From positions 105,088-124,186 of the IMG/VR virus record IMGVR_UViG_3300031949_000413: a stretch of DNA of 19,099 nucleotides; one strand, given 5' to 3'. Under the pieces are notes generated by a model. That model was given only the letters and a program-made list of their open reading frames with translations, did not search any database and was not told the DNA's origin. The stretch comes from a virus. Taxonomy: Duplodnaviria > Heunggongvirae > Uroviricota > Caudoviricetes. A program made the position numbers and the translations under genes. This document shows, piece by piece, positions 17,396 to 19,099 of the stretch (the first letter of the stretch is position 1; each line of letters opens with the position of its first letter).

Positions 17396-18439
17396 TTAGG
17401 GCAGGTCATCCCATGGCACGCCCCACGTGCGATCACCGGAGCCCTGGCCCAATAGCATGTTGAGGTCTTGTTGCAAGTAGCTTCTCGTCGTCATGAACCA
17501 TTGAATAAACTGATCCCACTGCGCTTGGTTTAGCTGCGCCGTGTAGGGGAAGATGGACTTGACCCGATTAGGCAACACCACTATCTCGCCACGTGATTCC
17601 CCGATCCGCGAATCGGCTACACCAGTGTCATATTCAGCTTGTGAAATACCCTCGCGGAACCACAGCCCCATGATGTTGTGAATCAGGCGCAGGCGCTCGA
17701 CGTAGGAAATCAGATACCGCCAACGCGCTTCACTCGTGATGCAGTCAGATGGGTAAGTCAGCTGTAGGGCAGTACCCGCCTCAACAAAGGCGATCAGCGT
17801 AGACATTGGATTAGTATTCGTCCAGCCTGATGCGTTCGCTACTTCACGACTTACCGTAGCAATGCGTACAGCCACTTCACTGGCAATAGACGTACCCGTG
17901 CCTGTACGTAAATCGAACAATTCACTGTAGCCAGCAGGCGGTGTCTTGGCATTATCCGTTCCCTCTGCACCCGCATGGTAAATCAATAGGTACTCTCGGC
18001 TCGGCATTCCATAAATATAGCTTGTCAACGTGCTGAAGCCCGCGCCGATCTCTTGATTATAGACACGACCCACACTACTCGTCACCTCAAAGCACATGAT
18101 TATCTTGCACAAAATATTGGCCGACACGGTGAGCGTAATCGTATTAGAGGTCGTAATCTGTGTACCAACCCGGCAAGCCCATGTCGAGACCGTCACGCCA
18201 TCGCCCGCTACCCCATCGCTCTCCGTCAGCTCAATAATCTTAATCCAGTTATTGGCCGAGCTGTCAGTCACCGACACATGGTTGGCGCTCACACCACGCA
18301 CCGCAGCAAGATTGTCGGTAGTACAATTGACAACAAGTATCTTGCCTACCGTCAGGGTGGCAGTCGGATTCATAGCGATGGTGGTCGAACTGACTTCGTG
18401 GGTTAGGCTTCCACGTGCTGTAACAGCCGAAAATGTCAT
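17396..18439 (-). CDS. Hypothetical virion-associated protein (beta-rich N domain, helical C domain)
   Basis: 347 aa, TAGGAG SD. Thr/Val/Ser-rich beta N-terminal ~220 aa. First gene of the coupled operon. Confidence 0.6.
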   Translation of the reverse strand: MTFSAVTARGSLTHEVSSTTIAMNPTATLTVGKILVVNCTTDNLAAVRGVSANHVSVTDSSANNWIKIIELTESDGVAGDGVTVSTWACRVGTQITTSNTITLTVSANILCKIIMCFEVTSSVGRVYNQEIGAGFSTLTSYIYGMPSREYLLIYHAGAEGTDNAKTPPAGYSELFDLRTGTGTSIASEVAVRIATVSREVANASGWTNTNPMSTLIAFVEAGTALQLTYPSDCITSEARWRYLISYVERLRLIHNIMGLWFREGISQAEYDTGVADSRIGESRGEIVVLPNRVKSIFPYTAQLNQAQWDQFIQWFMTTRSYLQQDLNMLLGQGSGDRTWGVPWDDLP

Positions 18440-18457
18440 TTGAATACTCCTATACCA

Positions 18458-18491
18458 ACAAAAAGGCTACTGCCCTGATAGGACAATAGCC
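18458..18491 (-). terminator. Intrinsic terminator downstream of ferritin
   Basis: GGCTATTGTCCT-ATC-AGGGCAGTAGCC 12-bp stem (two G-U pairs) followed by TTTTTGTT. Confidence 0.75.
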
Positions 18492-18559
18492 CTGATAACA
18501 ACCCCATCGGGCGGCGCTATATTAGGATGTCGCCCTGACTACGATACCTGATGAAAATG

Positions 18560-19030
18560 CTACTTTAGTTGTAAATCCAACAAGAATGCACTGCCTGCTA
18601 ACTCTAGCGCCGCTATGAATCGTTCAGACTCGGTGACTTCCAGAACTTGCTCCAAGCACATATCCTGTAGAAACGTCTGCGCGCCATAGTCGCCCTCTTG
18701 CATGGCGGTGTCCATGATGATGTTGATCTCGTCTGTTGTAGCCTGCTCCAGCTCCAAACGAGCCACAGCAATGGTGTGGCAATCAGCATAATCACTACTG
18801 ACCGCCATAACCGCAGGAACTTCCATTGGCGCGTTGGCTTCATTGAGATAGCCTAAAAACTTTAATGCGTGGCCGTGTTCGTCATCGGCCTGTAGGGAAA
18901 GGTGCTTAAAGATGTTGGCTAGGCCATGTCGTGCCGACCAATCAGCCATACACCGATAGGCCAACTCGTTATGATATTCACGAGCGACTTGGGCATTGAA
19001 CATTCGGACTAGTTCAGGTGACATCTGCAT
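18560..19030 (-). CDS. ftn: Non-heme ferritin
   Basis: FNAQVAREY, QADDEHGHALKFLGYL, LELEQ, TFLQDMCLEQVLE match the FtnA-type four-helix bundle. GGAG SD 8 nt before ATG 19030. Confidence 0.85.
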   Translation of the reverse strand: MQMSPELVRMFNAQVAREYHNELAYRCMADWSARHGLANIFKHLSLQADDEHGHALKFLGYLNEANAPMEVPAVMAVSSDYADCHTIAVARLELEQATTDEINIIMDTAMQEGDYGAQTFLQDMCLEQVLEVTESERFIAALELAGSAFLLDLQLK

Positions 19031-19099
19031 GGGCGGTACTCCATTCCAATTCACGAGCGACTTGGGCATTGAACATTCGGACTAGTTCAGGTGACATCT
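18976..19099. repeat. Exact 51-bp direct repeat (18976-19026 and 19049-19099; period 73 bp; second copy cut by window end)
   Basis: ATTCACGAGCGACTTGGGCATTGAACATTCGGACTAGTTCAGGTGACATCT occurs twice, 22 bp apart. Confidence 0.95.

Noticed and set aside
19031-19069. N-terminal extension of ferritin (MPKSLVNWNGVPP) in the ORF track
   Set aside because: It derives from the duplicated segment in another frame; the SD-supported start is ATG 19030.
18976-19099. CRISPR-like repeat-spacer-repeat
   Set aside because: Only two copies, the repeat is ferritin coding sequence, the 51/22 geometry is atypical, and there are no cas genes.
1-19099. tRNA, rRNA, integrase, DGR or defence genes
   Set aside because: None recognisable by eye; a tRNAscan/Infernal run would be needed to exclude small RNAs.

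Overview
This window looks like part of a tailed-phage or prophage virion morphogenesis region, with almost every gene on the minus strand. In transcription order (right to left) it carries: a ferritin; a terminator-like hairpin; then a tightly coupled operon. That operon encodes a putative structural protein, a 1442-aa mucin-like Ser/Pro-repeat protein with a LamG domain, a glycosyltransferase (GT), a SAM methyltransferase, a GT2, a NUMOD3-HNH endonuclease, a double-domain GT, a small Cys4 protein and three small structural/Ig-like proteins. Next come a sigma70 promoter plus hairpin, a small protein, a LamG protein, a beta-helix tailspike/depolymerase and an Ig-like protein. A second promoter plus hairpin precedes the head module: putative prohead protease, an antisense Zn-finger/DUF559 endonuclease, scaffold and a partial head-decoration-like gene. 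The most striking observation is a candidate phage 'mucin' O-glycosylation system: about 1000 residues of Ser-Pro repeats translationally coupled to two GTs with polypeptide-GalNAc-transferase (GT27)-like motifs, plus glycan-elaborating enzymes. All calls come from reading motifs by eye; no database searches were run, and the host cannot be determined from this window.
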